From: Acidobacteriota bacterium | Lineage (GTDB): Bacteria; Acidobacteriota; Thermoanaerobaculia; Gp7-AA8 | Length of the DNA stretch: 64,000 nt | Direction: 5' to 3' | Assembly: GCA_019244185.1 (NCBI GenBank) | Contig: JAFATB010000011.1 | Location: 32,001-96,000, forward strand | Part shown: positions 1 to 9,053 of the stretch, piece after piece | Position numbering within the stretch: the stretch's first letter is position 1 | Layout: each line of letters opens with the position of its first letter | Made by a program: the position numbers and the translations under genes | Notes under the pieces: generated by a model | What the model saw: the letters and a program-made list of their open reading frames with translations, nothing else | Database searches by the model: none | Told to the model about the DNA's origin: nothing

Positions 1-719
1 TGGAAGTCGACGAACACCTGCGGGTTCCACTCGCGATACGCGGCGACGCGCGCCTGCGTTTCGCGCTGCGACAGCCACGCCCAGTCGCGGTTCATGTCGA
101 TGAGGTAGTGGTTGTAGCGGCCGCCCGGCCACGGCTCGAAGTGCTCGAACGCGTCGGGATTCGTGTTCGCCTCTTCGCCGCGCGTGCGCGTGAACCACTG
201 GATATAGCGCTCGCGTCCGTCGGGATTGAGCAGCGGATCGATGACGACGACGAGGTTGTCGAGGAGCTGCGCGGAGTCGGCATCGCGCAGCAGCGACGAC
301 GCGACCAGCATCGCCGCTTCCGCCGACGACGACTCGTTGCCGTGCACGCCGAAGCCGAGCCACACGATGGCGGGCGTCGACTTCGCAACGTCCGCTGCAT
401 GCGCGGCGTCGAGCTCACCCGACGCGAGCTGCGCGACGTTGCGTTTGATGGTGTCGAGCTGCGCGCGGTTCTTCTCGGACGTGATCGTCGCGAGCACGAG
501 CGGGCGATGCTCGTACGTCTCGCCGATCTGCTTCACCGTGATGAGCGGCGAGCGGCGTGCAAGCTCGTTGAAGTAGTCGAGAATGCGGCTGTGCGGCGTG
601 AACCGCGCGCCGATCGGATATCCGAGGAACTCCTCGGGGGTGGGGACGGCGCTCTGGGCGAAGGCGAGCGAGGCGAAGAGCGCGAGAACAACGAACCACG
701 AGGCACTACGTCGGATCAT
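1..719 (-). CDS. Secreted M14-family zinc carboxypeptidase (5' part; runs off the window edge)
   Basis: Not in the ORF track. Manual translation from ATG at 719 gives a signal peptide (MIRRSASWFVVLALFASLAFAQ), then VHGNE, NPDG, GRYNHYLIDMNRDW and VFVDF, which are M14 motifs. GAGGGG RBS upstream. Confidence 0.85.
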   Translation of the reverse strand, partial: MIRRSASWFVVLALFASLAFAQSAVPTPEEFLGYPIGARFTPHSRILDYFNELARRSPLITVKQIGETYEHRPLVLATITSEKNRAQLDTIKRNVAQLASGELDAAHAADVAKSTPAIVWLGFGVHGNESSSAEAAMLVASSLLRDADSAQLLDNLVVVIDPLLNPDGRERYIQWFTRTRGEEANTNPDAFEHFEPWPGGRYNHYLIDMNRDWAWLSQRETQARVAAYREWNPQVFVDF

Positions 720-754
720 GCGGTTACCCCTCGGGCAGCGGATTGTAAAAGGAG

Positions 755-1018
755 TTGCGATTGCTGTTGCAGGCTTTGTCGGTCTTCGGAGCCGTGTTGG
801 TTCTCACCGCGTTCGCGGCGCATCAGACGCATCGCATGCGCTCGGGAACGATCGTGTATCAGAGTCTCAACTGCGCCGGCGGATTGTTCCTCACCATCGT
901 GGCCGTCGTCGAGAAACAGTACGGCTTCATTCTGATGGAAGGCTCGTGGGCGCTGCTGAGCGCGTGGGGATTGTTCAAGGTGCTGACCGATCCCGCGACG
1001 TGGCGCGGTCCGGAATGA
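755..1018 (+). CDS. Small membrane protein (CBU_0592-like)
   Basis: 87 aa, three hydrophobic segments, YQSLN..GG and E..W pattern; TTG start. Confidence 0.6.
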   Translation: MRLLLQALSVFGAVLVLTAFAAHQTHRMRSGTIVYQSLNCAGGLFLTIVAVVEKQYGFILMEGSWALLSAWGLFKVLTDPATWRGPE

Positions 1019-1027
1019 CGCGCGGCG

Positions 1028-2440
1028 CTACGACTCGACGGCGGCGACTTCGTCTTCGGCGACCGCGTTCGACTTCGCGTGAATGCCGAGGCGCTTCATC
1101 ATCTCGTTCAGGGTCGAAGGCTTCACCTGCAGCAGCTCGGCCGCGCGCTTCTGCACGCCGTTCGCGAGCTCGAGCGACTGCAGGATCATCGTGCGCTCGT
1201 AGTTCGAGACCGCGTCCTTGAGCGAGATCCCTTCTTGCGGCACGACCATCGCCGGCGAGTCGGTACGCGTCGGATAGCGGAGGTAATCGGGGAGCAGCTC
1301 GGGCGTGATGCGGTCGCCGGTGCAGAGCACGACCGCGCGCTCGATCGTGTTCTCGAGCTCGCGCACGTTGCCCGGCCACGGGTGATCCATCATCACGCGC
1401 ATCGCGTCCGCGGTCACGTCGCGCACGATGCGGCGGTTCTCTTCCGAATACTTCTGCAGGAAGTGCTGCACGAGCAGCGGAATGTCTTCGCGGCGGCGAC
1501 GCAGCGGCGGCAGCGTGATGGTGATGACGTTGAGCCGATAGAAGAGATCTTCGCGGAAGGTGCGGTCCGCCATCAGCTTCTGCAGGTCGGCGTTGGTCGC
1601 GGCGATGATGCGCACGTCGACCTTCAGCGTGTCGACGGAGCCGAGGCGCATGAACTCTTTTTCCTGGATCACGCGCAGCAGCTTGGCCTGCGTCTCGAGA
1701 TTGATGTTGCCGATCTCGTCGAGGAAGATCGAACCGCCGTCGGCGACTTCGAAGAGGCCGCGCTTCGTGGCGATCGCGCCGGTGAACGCGCCCTTCATGT
1801 GCCCGAAGAGCGACGACTCGAGGAGCTCCGGCGGCAGCGAGCCGGAGTTGACGGTGACGAACGCGTTGCGCGCGCGCGGGCTGGCGTGGTGGATCGCTTT
1901 CGCGACGAGCTCCTTGCCGGTGCCCGACTCGCCCTGAATGAGGATGTTCGAGCGCGACGGCGCGGCCTGGCGGATGAGATCGAAGATCTTCCGCATCGCC
2001 TCGCTCTTGCCGATGATGTTCGCGTACGAGAACTTCTCGGAGAGCTCGGCTTTGAGCCGCTCGTTCTCGTGCGAGAGCCGCCGCTGCTCGAGCGCCTTGT
2101 TGACCGTGAGGATGACTTCCTCGTTCTTGAACGGCTTGGGGATGTAGTGAAACGCGCCCTGCTTCATCGCCTCGATCGCGCCGTCGATCGACGAGAACGC
2201 CGTGATGACGATGACCGGCAGCGTGGGATTGGCGATGCGGATGGCGCGCAGCGTGTCGATGCCGCTGATGCCCGGCAGCATGACGTCGAGGATGACCAGA
2301 TCGATCTCCTCGGAGCTGTCGAGATAGTTCAGCGCCTCTTCGCCCGTCGTCGCGGAGAGCACGTCGAAACCCTCGCGCCGGAGTACGGCGTCGAGCACGT
2401 CCCGCAGGACTTCTTCGTCATCGACGATCAGAATGCGCAT
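1028..2440 (-). CDS. Sigma54-dependent response regulator (NtrC/AtoC family: REC-AAA+-HTH)
   Basis: REC (DD..D..K), Walker A GESGTGKE, GAFTGA, FLDEIG, FREDLFYRLNV, WPGNVRELEN, C-terminal HTH. Confidence 0.95.
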   Translation of the reverse strand: MRILIVDDEEVLRDVLDAVLRREGFDVLSATTGEEALNYLDSSEEIDLVILDVMLPGISGIDTLRAIRIANPTLPVIVITAFSSIDGAIEAMKQGAFHYIPKPFKNEEVILTVNKALEQRRLSHENERLKAELSEKFSYANIIGKSEAMRKIFDLIRQAAPSRSNILIQGESGTGKELVAKAIHHASPRARNAFVTVNSGSLPPELLESSLFGHMKGAFTGAIATKRGLFEVADGGSIFLDEIGNINLETQAKLLRVIQEKEFMRLGSVDTLKVDVRIIAATNADLQKLMADRTFREDLFYRLNVITITLPPLRRRREDIPLLVQHFLQKYSEENRRIVRDVTADAMRVMMDHPWPGNVRELENTIERAVVLCTGDRITPELLPDYLRYPTRTDSPAMVVPQEGISLKDAVSNYERTMILQSLELANGVQKRAAELLQVKPSTLNEMMKRLGIHAKSNAVAEDEVAAVES

Positions 2441-5193
2441 CAGACTGTGGTGCTGCTGAGAATGGTCGAACTGCTCGGCACCCGTGGCAACGTAATCGAA
2501 AACTCGGCTCCGTGACCGGGCGTCGAGGCGACGGTGATGTCGCCGTCGCTGGCGTGCATGATGCGCCGGCTGATCGCGAGTCCGAGTCCCGTTCCGCCCT
2601 GTCCGCGCTTGGTCGTCACCAGCGGCTCGAAGATGCGCCCGAGCATGTCCGGCGCGATCCCTTTGCCGTCGTCGCGCACGCGGATCACGGCCTGGTCGTG
2701 CTCCTCGCGCGCCGAGATCCAGATGTTGCCGCCGTCGGCGACCGCATCGCGGGCATTGAGCAGAACGTTGGTCAGAACCTGCTGCAGATCGTGAAAGTTC
2801 CCGCGCACGCGCAGCGGCGCGAGCTCGCTGTGCACGGTGATGCGCTTCGCCGCGAGCAGATCTTCATGCAGCGCGAGCGTGGCCACGACGAGATCGGCGA
2901 CGTTCACGAGCTCACGCGTGCGCGGGCGATTGGCGATGAGGTCGAGCAGGTTGTTGACGAGGTGCGAGGCGCGGAACGTCTGCTGCTCCATCTTTTTGAG
3001 GAGCCGGTATTTCGGATCGTCTTCCGGCGTCTCCGCGAGCAGCAGCTGCGCATACGACGAGATGCCGGTGAGCGGCGTGTTCACTTCGTGCGCGACGCCC
3101 GCCGCGAGCAGGCCGAGCGACGCGAGCCGCTCCTTGTCCTGCAGCTCGCGCTCGAGGCGCACGCGATCCGTGACGTCGCCGATGACGAGCACGCGCGCGC
3201 CGTCCGCGACGTCGCCCGCCGACAGCGGACTCGCCGTCACCGTGACTTCTTTCTCGACGCCGCCGTGATTGATGAAGTGCGTGGTCAGCGTGCCGCCGCT
3301 CGCGCGCAGCTCGCGATATGGCGGGAAGAGCTCGTCGATCGACTCGGTCGCATGATCGGAGCCGACGAGGTCCCAGAACGCTCGGTTCGCCGTGAGCACC
3401 GTGCCGTCGGACGCGACCACCGCGATCGCGGACAACGACGACTCGATGATGTTCTCGTTGTACTCCTTGAGCGCGCGGATCTCGTCGAGCTGCCGCCGCA
3501 ACTTGCCGTACAGACGCGAGTTCTCGATCGCCAGCGCGACCGGCGCCGTGAGCGTGCCGATCAGATGCAGGTCGTCGCGCGAGAGCGGCTCCTCGGTCTT
3601 GCGCGTGCCGAGGAGAAGAAGTCCCTGCAACTCGCCACGATTGCGAAGCGGGAACGCATAGCGGTAGCCCGCTTCGAGCAGCTTCCACGGCACTTCCGAT
3701 TTGTCGGGCAGCCGCGGCGCGGTGAGGATCACCGGACCTTCCTTCGGCATCGTGCCGAGATCCTCGGGCGTCATGCGCCGCGGCACGCCCGCTTCCGGCT
3801 CATAGATCAAGAGTGACGACGCCTCGCGCGTGTAGAGGTTCATCTGCTCGACGTGCAGCGTCGTGCGCAGACGCTCGCGCATCATCGCGATCAGCTCGTG
3901 CACGTCGTTGAAGGTCGCGAGCTCCTGCGCGAAGTCCGTCATCGTGCGGCGATGCCGGTAGCTCTCGCGGTAGAGGATCATCTCGATGACGGACTCGATC
4001 TTGCCCTTCACCGGAATCAGCACGCCGGCGATGAGCAGCCCGGAGCTGAACGCGAGGAAGTTGCGCTCCATCGCCGACCGCTCTTCGATGACGCGCGAGA
4101 GGATCACGTTCACCGTCGAGAACGCGATCATGCCGAAGACGAAGGTGACCGAGTACGCCAGCACTTCCTTGATCACCACCTCGACGTCCCACAGCTTGTA
4201 CTTGAGGATCGAGACGGCGAAGGCGAGCGGAATGAACGCGAGCGGCAGGATCGACAGCGTCGTGTTCAGCTGCCCGACCGAGCCGGAGACGAGATACGGA
4301 ATGACGTAGATCGCGACGAACGGGAGGAAGCCGAGGACGAGGCCGAGGTAGATCCACTTGATCTGCTTCTTGCCGATGGGCGCGGCCTGGCGATACGTGA
4401 ACGCGAGCGCGACCACGGCCAGCGTGAAGTAGACCGCGAAGTCGAACAGCTCCCACCGATTGATGACCGCGAACGCGCTCAGCGGCGCCGCGACCGGCAG
4501 CGCGTTGTTGAACAGCAGCAGGTCGAAGTTCCACAGCGCGAGCAGCGTCGGCGGCACGTACAGCCACGCGATCCACGACTGCTTGCGCAACAGCGGCCGC
4601 GGGAACAGCAGGAAGAAGTTGAGCGCGAGCGGAGGGAGGAAGATCCGCGCGAGCTCCTCGGTCATCTGCAGGAGCTTGTAGCTCCAGTCGATGTCGCCCG
4701 CCGGCGTGTAGACGTAGACGATGAACGACAGCAGCGTGACGAAGTAGAAGAGCCGGCTCTCGCTCGTCTCGCCGCGGAACAGCGTGAAGAGACCGATGGC
4801 GAGATAGAGGAAGCCGATGAAGCTGAGGATGAGATACGGATAGTCGATCTTCAGTTCCGGCGGGCGGTACTGGATCGTGAGCGTCGCGCCGTGACGCGCG
4901 ACGAGCATCGGCACGGTCTGCCCGATGCGGCGCAGCGTCTTCTGAACTCCTTCGACTTCGTTCGTCGGCGTATCGCCGATCAGCCAGATCGCATCGCCGG
5001 GCCGCAGCCCCGCCTGCGCCGCGCCGCTGCCGGGATCGACGTTCTGCACGACGATGACGCCGTTGTCGCGGCGGAACGTGAAGTCGATGCGCTCGAACGA
5101 GGAGCGCTTGCGCTGGAAGGAAACGAACGCGCCAAGCACCAGGCCGACCGTAAAGACGGCGAGGAGCAGATTCGCGATGTGCCTCCTGCGCAT
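2440..5193 (-). CDS. Membrane sensor histidine kinase (PDZ, multi-TM, GAF, PAS, HisKA, HATPase)
   Basis: PDZ-like GSGAAQAGLRPGD; many TM helices; AHEVNTPL H-box; NARDA, DDGKG, GTGLGL. Stop overlaps the regulator start. Start may be 5193 or 5214. Confidence 0.9.
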   Translation of the reverse strand: MRRRHIANLLLAVFTVGLVLGAFVSFQRKRSSFERIDFTFRRDNGVIVVQNVDPGSGAAQAGLRPGDAIWLIGDTPTNEVEGVQKTLRRIGQTVPMLVARHGATLTIQYRPPELKIDYPYLILSFIGFLYLAIGLFTLFRGETSESRLFYFVTLLSFIVYVYTPAGDIDWSYKLLQMTEELARIFLPPLALNFFLLFPRPLLRKQSWIAWLYVPPTLLALWNFDLLLFNNALPVAAPLSAFAVINRWELFDFAVYFTLAVVALAFTYRQAAPIGKKQIKWIYLGLVLGFLPFVAIYVIPYLVSGSVGQLNTTLSILPLAFIPLAFAVSILKYKLWDVEVVIKEVLAYSVTFVFGMIAFSTVNVILSRVIEERSAMERNFLAFSSGLLIAGVLIPVKGKIESVIEMILYRESYRHRRTMTDFAQELATFNDVHELIAMMRERLRTTLHVEQMNLYTREASSLLIYEPEAGVPRRMTPEDLGTMPKEGPVILTAPRLPDKSEVPWKLLEAGYRYAFPLRNRGELQGLLLLGTRKTEEPLSRDDLHLIGTLTAPVALAIENSRLYGKLRRQLDEIRALKEYNENIIESSLSAIAVVASDGTVLTANRAFWDLVGSDHATESIDELFPPYRELRASGGTLTTHFINHGGVEKEVTVTASPLSAGDVADGARVLVIGDVTDRVRLERELQDKERLASLGLLAAGVAHEVNTPLTGISSYAQLLLAETPEDDPKYRLLKKMEQQTFRASHLVNNLLDLIANRPRTRELVNVADLVVATLALHEDLLAAKRITVHSELAPLRVRGNFHDLQQVLTNVLLNARDAVADGGNIWISAREEHDQAVIRVRDDGKGIAPDMLGRIFEPLVTTKRGQGGTGLGLAISRRIMHASDGDITVASTPGHGAEFSITLPRVPSSSTILSSTTV

Positions 5194-5399
5194 GGCCAGA
5201 ACCGCTGACGGCATTCAATGCGGGTGCCGCGCGAAAAACCGCGCTAACCCGTTGATTCGCAACGTTGAATCGCGCTCCGGATTTCCGAAAGAAGCGCGCA
5301 CGGCTCCAAGGCGTTGGATTTGGGACGCATATTTTTGGAGCGTATGCGCGACGCCGGGGATGCGATCGACGTGCGCTGTAGCCGTGCTTGCCACAATCA

Positions 5400-5416
5400 C
5401 GGAGTCATTTTTGCAA
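5400..5416 (+). promoter_or_regulatory. Putative sigma54 -24/-12 promoter for the MEDS gene
   Basis: CGGAGTCATTTTTGCAA has GG-N10-GC spacing with TTGCA; near-identical copy at 18937-18953 (-). Confidence 0.45.
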
Positions 5417-5429
5417 AGCGTGTAGGACC

Positions 5430-6134
5430 ATGACGACAGCTCCTCGAATCCAGTATCAGCAAGGCGATCACGTGTGCACGCTTTACTCCGACCGCGACGA
5501 ACAGCTCGCGGCCGCGGTCAACTACCTTCGCGGCGGTCTCGAGCGCGGCGAACGTTGCCTGTACGTCTGCTGCGAGCACTCGCCGGACGAGTTCCGCGCC
5601 GGACTGCGCGCCGCGGGGATCGACGTCGCGGGCGAAGAAGCGCGCGGCGCACTGCTGCTGCTGACCAAGCGTGAAGCTCACCTCGCGGGCGGCTGCTTCG
5701 ATCCCGACAAGATGATCACGATGCTGCACGGCGCGGTGAAAGACGCACTCGACGCCGGCTTCTCCGGCCTCTGCGCGGCCGGCGACATGTCGTGGCTGCT
5801 CGACGAGGCCGACGGCTCGGACCGCATCGCCGAGTACGAGGCGCGGCTCAACGCGTTCTATCCGTCGTCGCGCGCGCTGGGACTCTGCCTCTACAACCGC
5901 ACGAAGCTTCCCGCGGCCACGCTCGATCACTGCATGGCCACGCATCCGCACGTCCGCATCGACGGCAACCTCCTGCTCGACAATCCGTTCTACGAGGAGC
6001 CGGGGAAGGCCGCGTTCCGGCGCACCGACGGCAGCGCCATGCCGAAGAAGCTGGAGTGGCTGAAGACCGCCATCGCGAGCTTCTTCGACGGCGGCGGGGC
6101 CTCGGAGCCGGCGACGGTGCCGCTTCACCGCTAA
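5430..6134 (+). CDS. Stand-alone MEDS (DcmR-like sensory) domain protein
   Basis: GDHVCTLY, GLERGERCLY, GDMSW, EYEARLN, LCLY, ATHP and NPFY motifs; ATG at 5430. Confidence 0.85.
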   Translation: MTTAPRIQYQQGDHVCTLYSDRDEQLAAAVNYLRGGLERGERCLYVCCEHSPDEFRAGLRAAGIDVAGEEARGALLLLTKREAHLAGGCFDPDKMITMLHGAVKDALDAGFSGLCAAGDMSWLLDEADGSDRIAEYEARLNAFYPSSRALGLCLYNRTKLPAATLDHCMATHPHVRIDGNLLLDNPFYEEPGKAAFRRTDGSAMPKKLEWLKTAIASFFDGGGASEPATVPLHR

Positions 6135-6173
6135 CGCGCGCGCGGTCGTTCGTTCCAGCGTACGCTTGCGCGT

Positions 6174-6803
6174 ATGACGGAACGGATGAACGTGGCCATC
6201 CTCATCTTCCCCAACGTCGAGGTGCTCGACTTCGCGGGGCCGTTCGAGGTGTTCTCGCGCACGCGGCTCGTGCCCGGCTCCGACGCGCGGCGCAGCGACG
6301 AACACGCGCCGTTTCGCGTCTTCACCGTCGCGGCGACGCACGAGCCGATCTCCGCGACGGGCGATCTGCGCGTCGTGCCGCATCACGCGTTCGATGACTG
6401 TCCGCGCATCGATCTGCTGATCGTGCCGGGCGGCTTCGGCACGCGCGGGCTGCTGCAGGACGAAGCGACGCTCGCGTGGGTAGGCCGCATCGCGAGCGAG
6501 GCGCGCATCACCGCGTCCGTCTGCACCGGCTCGCTCCTGCTCGCGAAGGCCGGCCTGCTCGACGGCCGCACCGCGACGACGCACTGGGCGGCGCTCGATC
6601 TCCTGCAGTCGCTCAGCGATGCGCGCGGCGGCACGATTCGCGTCGAACGCGACGACCGCTGGGTCGCCGCGACGCCGGCGCTCTTCACTTCCGCGGGCGT
6701 GGCCGCGGGCATCGACATGAGCTTCGCCATCGTCGAGCAGCTCCACGGCAAAGCGGTCGCCGACGAGACCGCGCACTACATCGAATACCGCCGCGCGGTT
6801 TGA
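6174..6803 (+). CDS. DJ-1/PfpI family protein (isonitrile hydratase/ThiJ-like)
   Basis: EVLDFAGPFEVF, VPGGFG, SVCTGS nucleophile, ATTHW, TSAGVAAGID. Confidence 0.9.
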   Translation: MTERMNVAILIFPNVEVLDFAGPFEVFSRTRLVPGSDARRSDEHAPFRVFTVAATHEPISATGDLRVVPHHAFDDCPRIDLLIVPGGFGTRGLLQDEATLAWVGRIASEARITASVCTGSLLLAKAGLLDGRTATTHWAALDLLQSLSDARGGTIRVERDDRWVAATPALFTSAGVAAGIDMSFAIVEQLHGKAVADETAHYIEYRRAV

Positions 6804-6850
6804 GGATTCGTTGCCGCAAGGGTGGATCGAAGGCGTGTAAGCTGGCCGCC

Positions 6851-8152
6851 ATGCGCCCCCGCGGACTGCTCGCTCTCGCTCTGGTCCTCCCGCTTCTCAC
6901 CGCGCCCGTCTCCGCGCAGAAACGGCGCTCGGTGCGGCACAGCGGTCCCGGCGACGAGCCGACGGCGCGCGCGGACGCGTACACCGTGGCGCGCGGCGCG
7001 ACGCTCGTCCGCACCGGAGGCGACGGCGTCCTCGCGAACGACACCGATCCGCACGCGCTCGCGCTCACCGCGCTCGTCGTCTCGTCGACCGCGCACGGCA
7101 CGCTCGTGCTCACGCCCGACGGCGGCTTCACGTACGTCAACGACGGCTCCGCCGCGACGTCCGACTCGTTCACGTACCGGGCGTCGAACGGCACCAGCAC
7201 GTCGCTCAATGCAACCGTCACGATCGCGATCACCGCTCCGCTGCCACAAGCGAATGCCGACGCGTACAACACGCCCGCCGCAACGCCCCTCGGCATCCCC
7301 GCGCCGGGCGTGCTGACGAACGACACGCGCAACGGCGCGAACATCGCCAGCTACGGCGTGGCCGGCACCGAACAGACCACGCTCTCCGCCGCCACGCCCA
7401 CCGCGCACGGCGGCACCGTCCTCCTCGGCGCGGACGGTGCGTTCACGTACAACCCCGGCACCGGCTTCACCGGCTCCGACGCATTCAACTACGTGCTGAC
7501 GAACGCCGCCGGCAGCTCGACCGCGCAGGTCACGATCAGCGTCGTCTCGCCGCAGCCCACCGCCGCGAACGACACGTACTCGACCGCGCAGAACACCGCG
7601 CTCACCCAACCCGCGCCGGGCGTCCTTGCGAACGACATCGTGAACGGCGGCGCGATCACCGGCTACGGCTCCGCGAACGGCAACGAGCAGTCGACGCTCG
7701 GCACGTCCACTTCCACCGCGAAGAACGGCACCGTGCGCGTCAACGCGGACGGCAGCTTCACGTACACGCCGCCGAACGGCTTCAACGGCAGCGACTCGTT
7801 CAGGTACACGCTCGCAAACGGCAGCGGCAGCGGCGTCGCGCTCGTGACGATCACCGTGCAGGCGGCGGTCAACACCGAGTTCAACGTCACCGCGCCCGGC
7901 TTCTTCTATTCGTTCTCAGGCATCGCGGGACAGAACCCGCAGCTCACGCTGCAGCGCGGCCGCACGTACGTCTTCCACATCAACACCACGTCCTCGCATC
8001 CGTTCGAGATCCTCGACGCGCCGGCGGGCAGCGTGACGAACAACAACATCTCCAGCGGCACGCTGACGTTCGTCGTCCCGAACACCGCGGCAAACTACCG
8101 TTATCACTGCTCGCTCCACGACTTCGGCAACACGATCGTGACGGTGCCCTAG
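6851..8152 (+). CDS. Secreted protein with three Ig/cadherin-like (Big_9-type) repeats and a C-terminal cupredoxin-like domain
   Basis: Signal peptide from ATG 6851; three repeats of A.AD.Y...GVL.ND...DG.FTY.P...G.DSF.Y; ends HPF...YHCSLH. Confidence 0.75.
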   Translation: MRPRGLLALALVLPLLTAPVSAQKRRSVRHSGPGDEPTARADAYTVARGATLVRTGGDGVLANDTDPHALALTALVVSSTAHGTLVLTPDGGFTYVNDGSAATSDSFTYRASNGTSTSLNATVTIAITAPLPQANADAYNTPAATPLGIPAPGVLTNDTRNGANIASYGVAGTEQTTLSAATPTAHGGTVLLGADGAFTYNPGTGFTGSDAFNYVLTNAAGSSTAQVTISVVSPQPTAANDTYSTAQNTALTQPAPGVLANDIVNGGAITGYGSANGNEQSTLGTSTSTAKNGTVRVNADGSFTYTPPNGFNGSDSFRYTLANGSGSGVALVTITVQAAVNTEFNVTAPGFFYSFSGIAGQNPQLTLQRGRTYVFHINTTSSHPFEILDAPAGSVTNNNISSGTLTFVVPNTAANYRYHCSLHDFGNTIVTVP

Positions 8153-8991
8153 CGCACGAGCGAGATCGCGCAGACGTCGTTCAGCAGGCAGACCTCGCAG
8201 TTCTCGCGGCGCAGCTTGCGGCTGCAGAGCGCGAGGATGCCGAGGCGGCAGAGCGCGAAGTCGTAGCGCACGGGATCACGCGCGTCGAACTTCGCCAGTG
8301 CATCGGTGAGCGCGCGCGCCGCTTTCCAGTCCGACGACTTGCGGCGGTTGAGGCGCAGGAACGTGGCGATGCGATGGATGTGCGTGTCGAGCGGCATGAC
8401 CAGCTTCGCCGGATCGACGAACGTCCAGAGTCCGAGGTCGGGTGACGTCCGGCGCACCATCCAGCGCAGATAGAGGTTCATGCGCTTGCACGCGGAGCCG
8501 TCGTTCGGCGACGTGAGCAGATACTCGAGACCTTTGCCGCGCATCGACTCGACGAAGCGCGCGAGGCTCGGCGCGATGTCGGCGTCGTTTGCGTCGTAGC
8601 AGCGCTCGAAGAGCGCGCCGAGGGAACCGTGCGTTTCGAGGACGTCGGCGATCGCGGCGAAGAGCGCGACGAGATCGGGCGTCTTGTGGAAGCGATGCGC
8701 GAAGCCGGCGAAGCGGCGCGTGGCTTCGGCGCGATCGAAGTGCGCGAGATACTGAAACGGCGACGGCGTCATCTTCGCCAGCACCGCGCCGATGTTCGTG
8801 ACGATGAAATCGGCGCGGCCATACGCGAACGCGGCCGCGATGAGGCCGGCCACTTCCTGGTCGAGCGGCTCGTCGTAGCGCAGCACGAGCTGGAGCGGAT
8901 CGGGCGCGATCGTCGAAACGTCGAAGGTCTCGACGAGCGTGTCGAGCCGCGTCTTCAGCAGTTCGGCGCGAACGGGGCGGCGGCGGGTCAT
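8149..8991 (-). CDS. TIGR02757/DUF2400 family protein (HhH-GPD-like) with C-terminal Cys cluster
   Basis: DP...AYG, SACKRMNLYLRWMVR, DLGLW, PLDTH, DPVRYDFAL; C-x8-C-x2-C-x5-C tail. Confidence 0.85.
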   Translation of the reverse strand: MTRRRPVRAELLKTRLDTLVETFDVSTIAPDPLQLVLRYDEPLDQEVAGLIAAAFAYGRADFIVTNIGAVLAKMTPSPFQYLAHFDRAEATRRFAGFAHRFHKTPDLVALFAAIADVLETHGSLGALFERCYDANDADIAPSLARFVESMRGKGLEYLLTSPNDGSACKRMNLYLRWMVRRTSPDLGLWTFVDPAKLVMPLDTHIHRIATFLRLNRRKSSDWKAARALTDALAKFDARDPVRYDFALCRLGILALCSRKLRRENCEVCLLNDVCAISLVR

Positions 8992-9053
8992 ACGGTGGCG
9001 CGCTCGAAAACAGGGTGGAACCCGCGGCTGTTCCGAGCGTCATACTGCACGCC

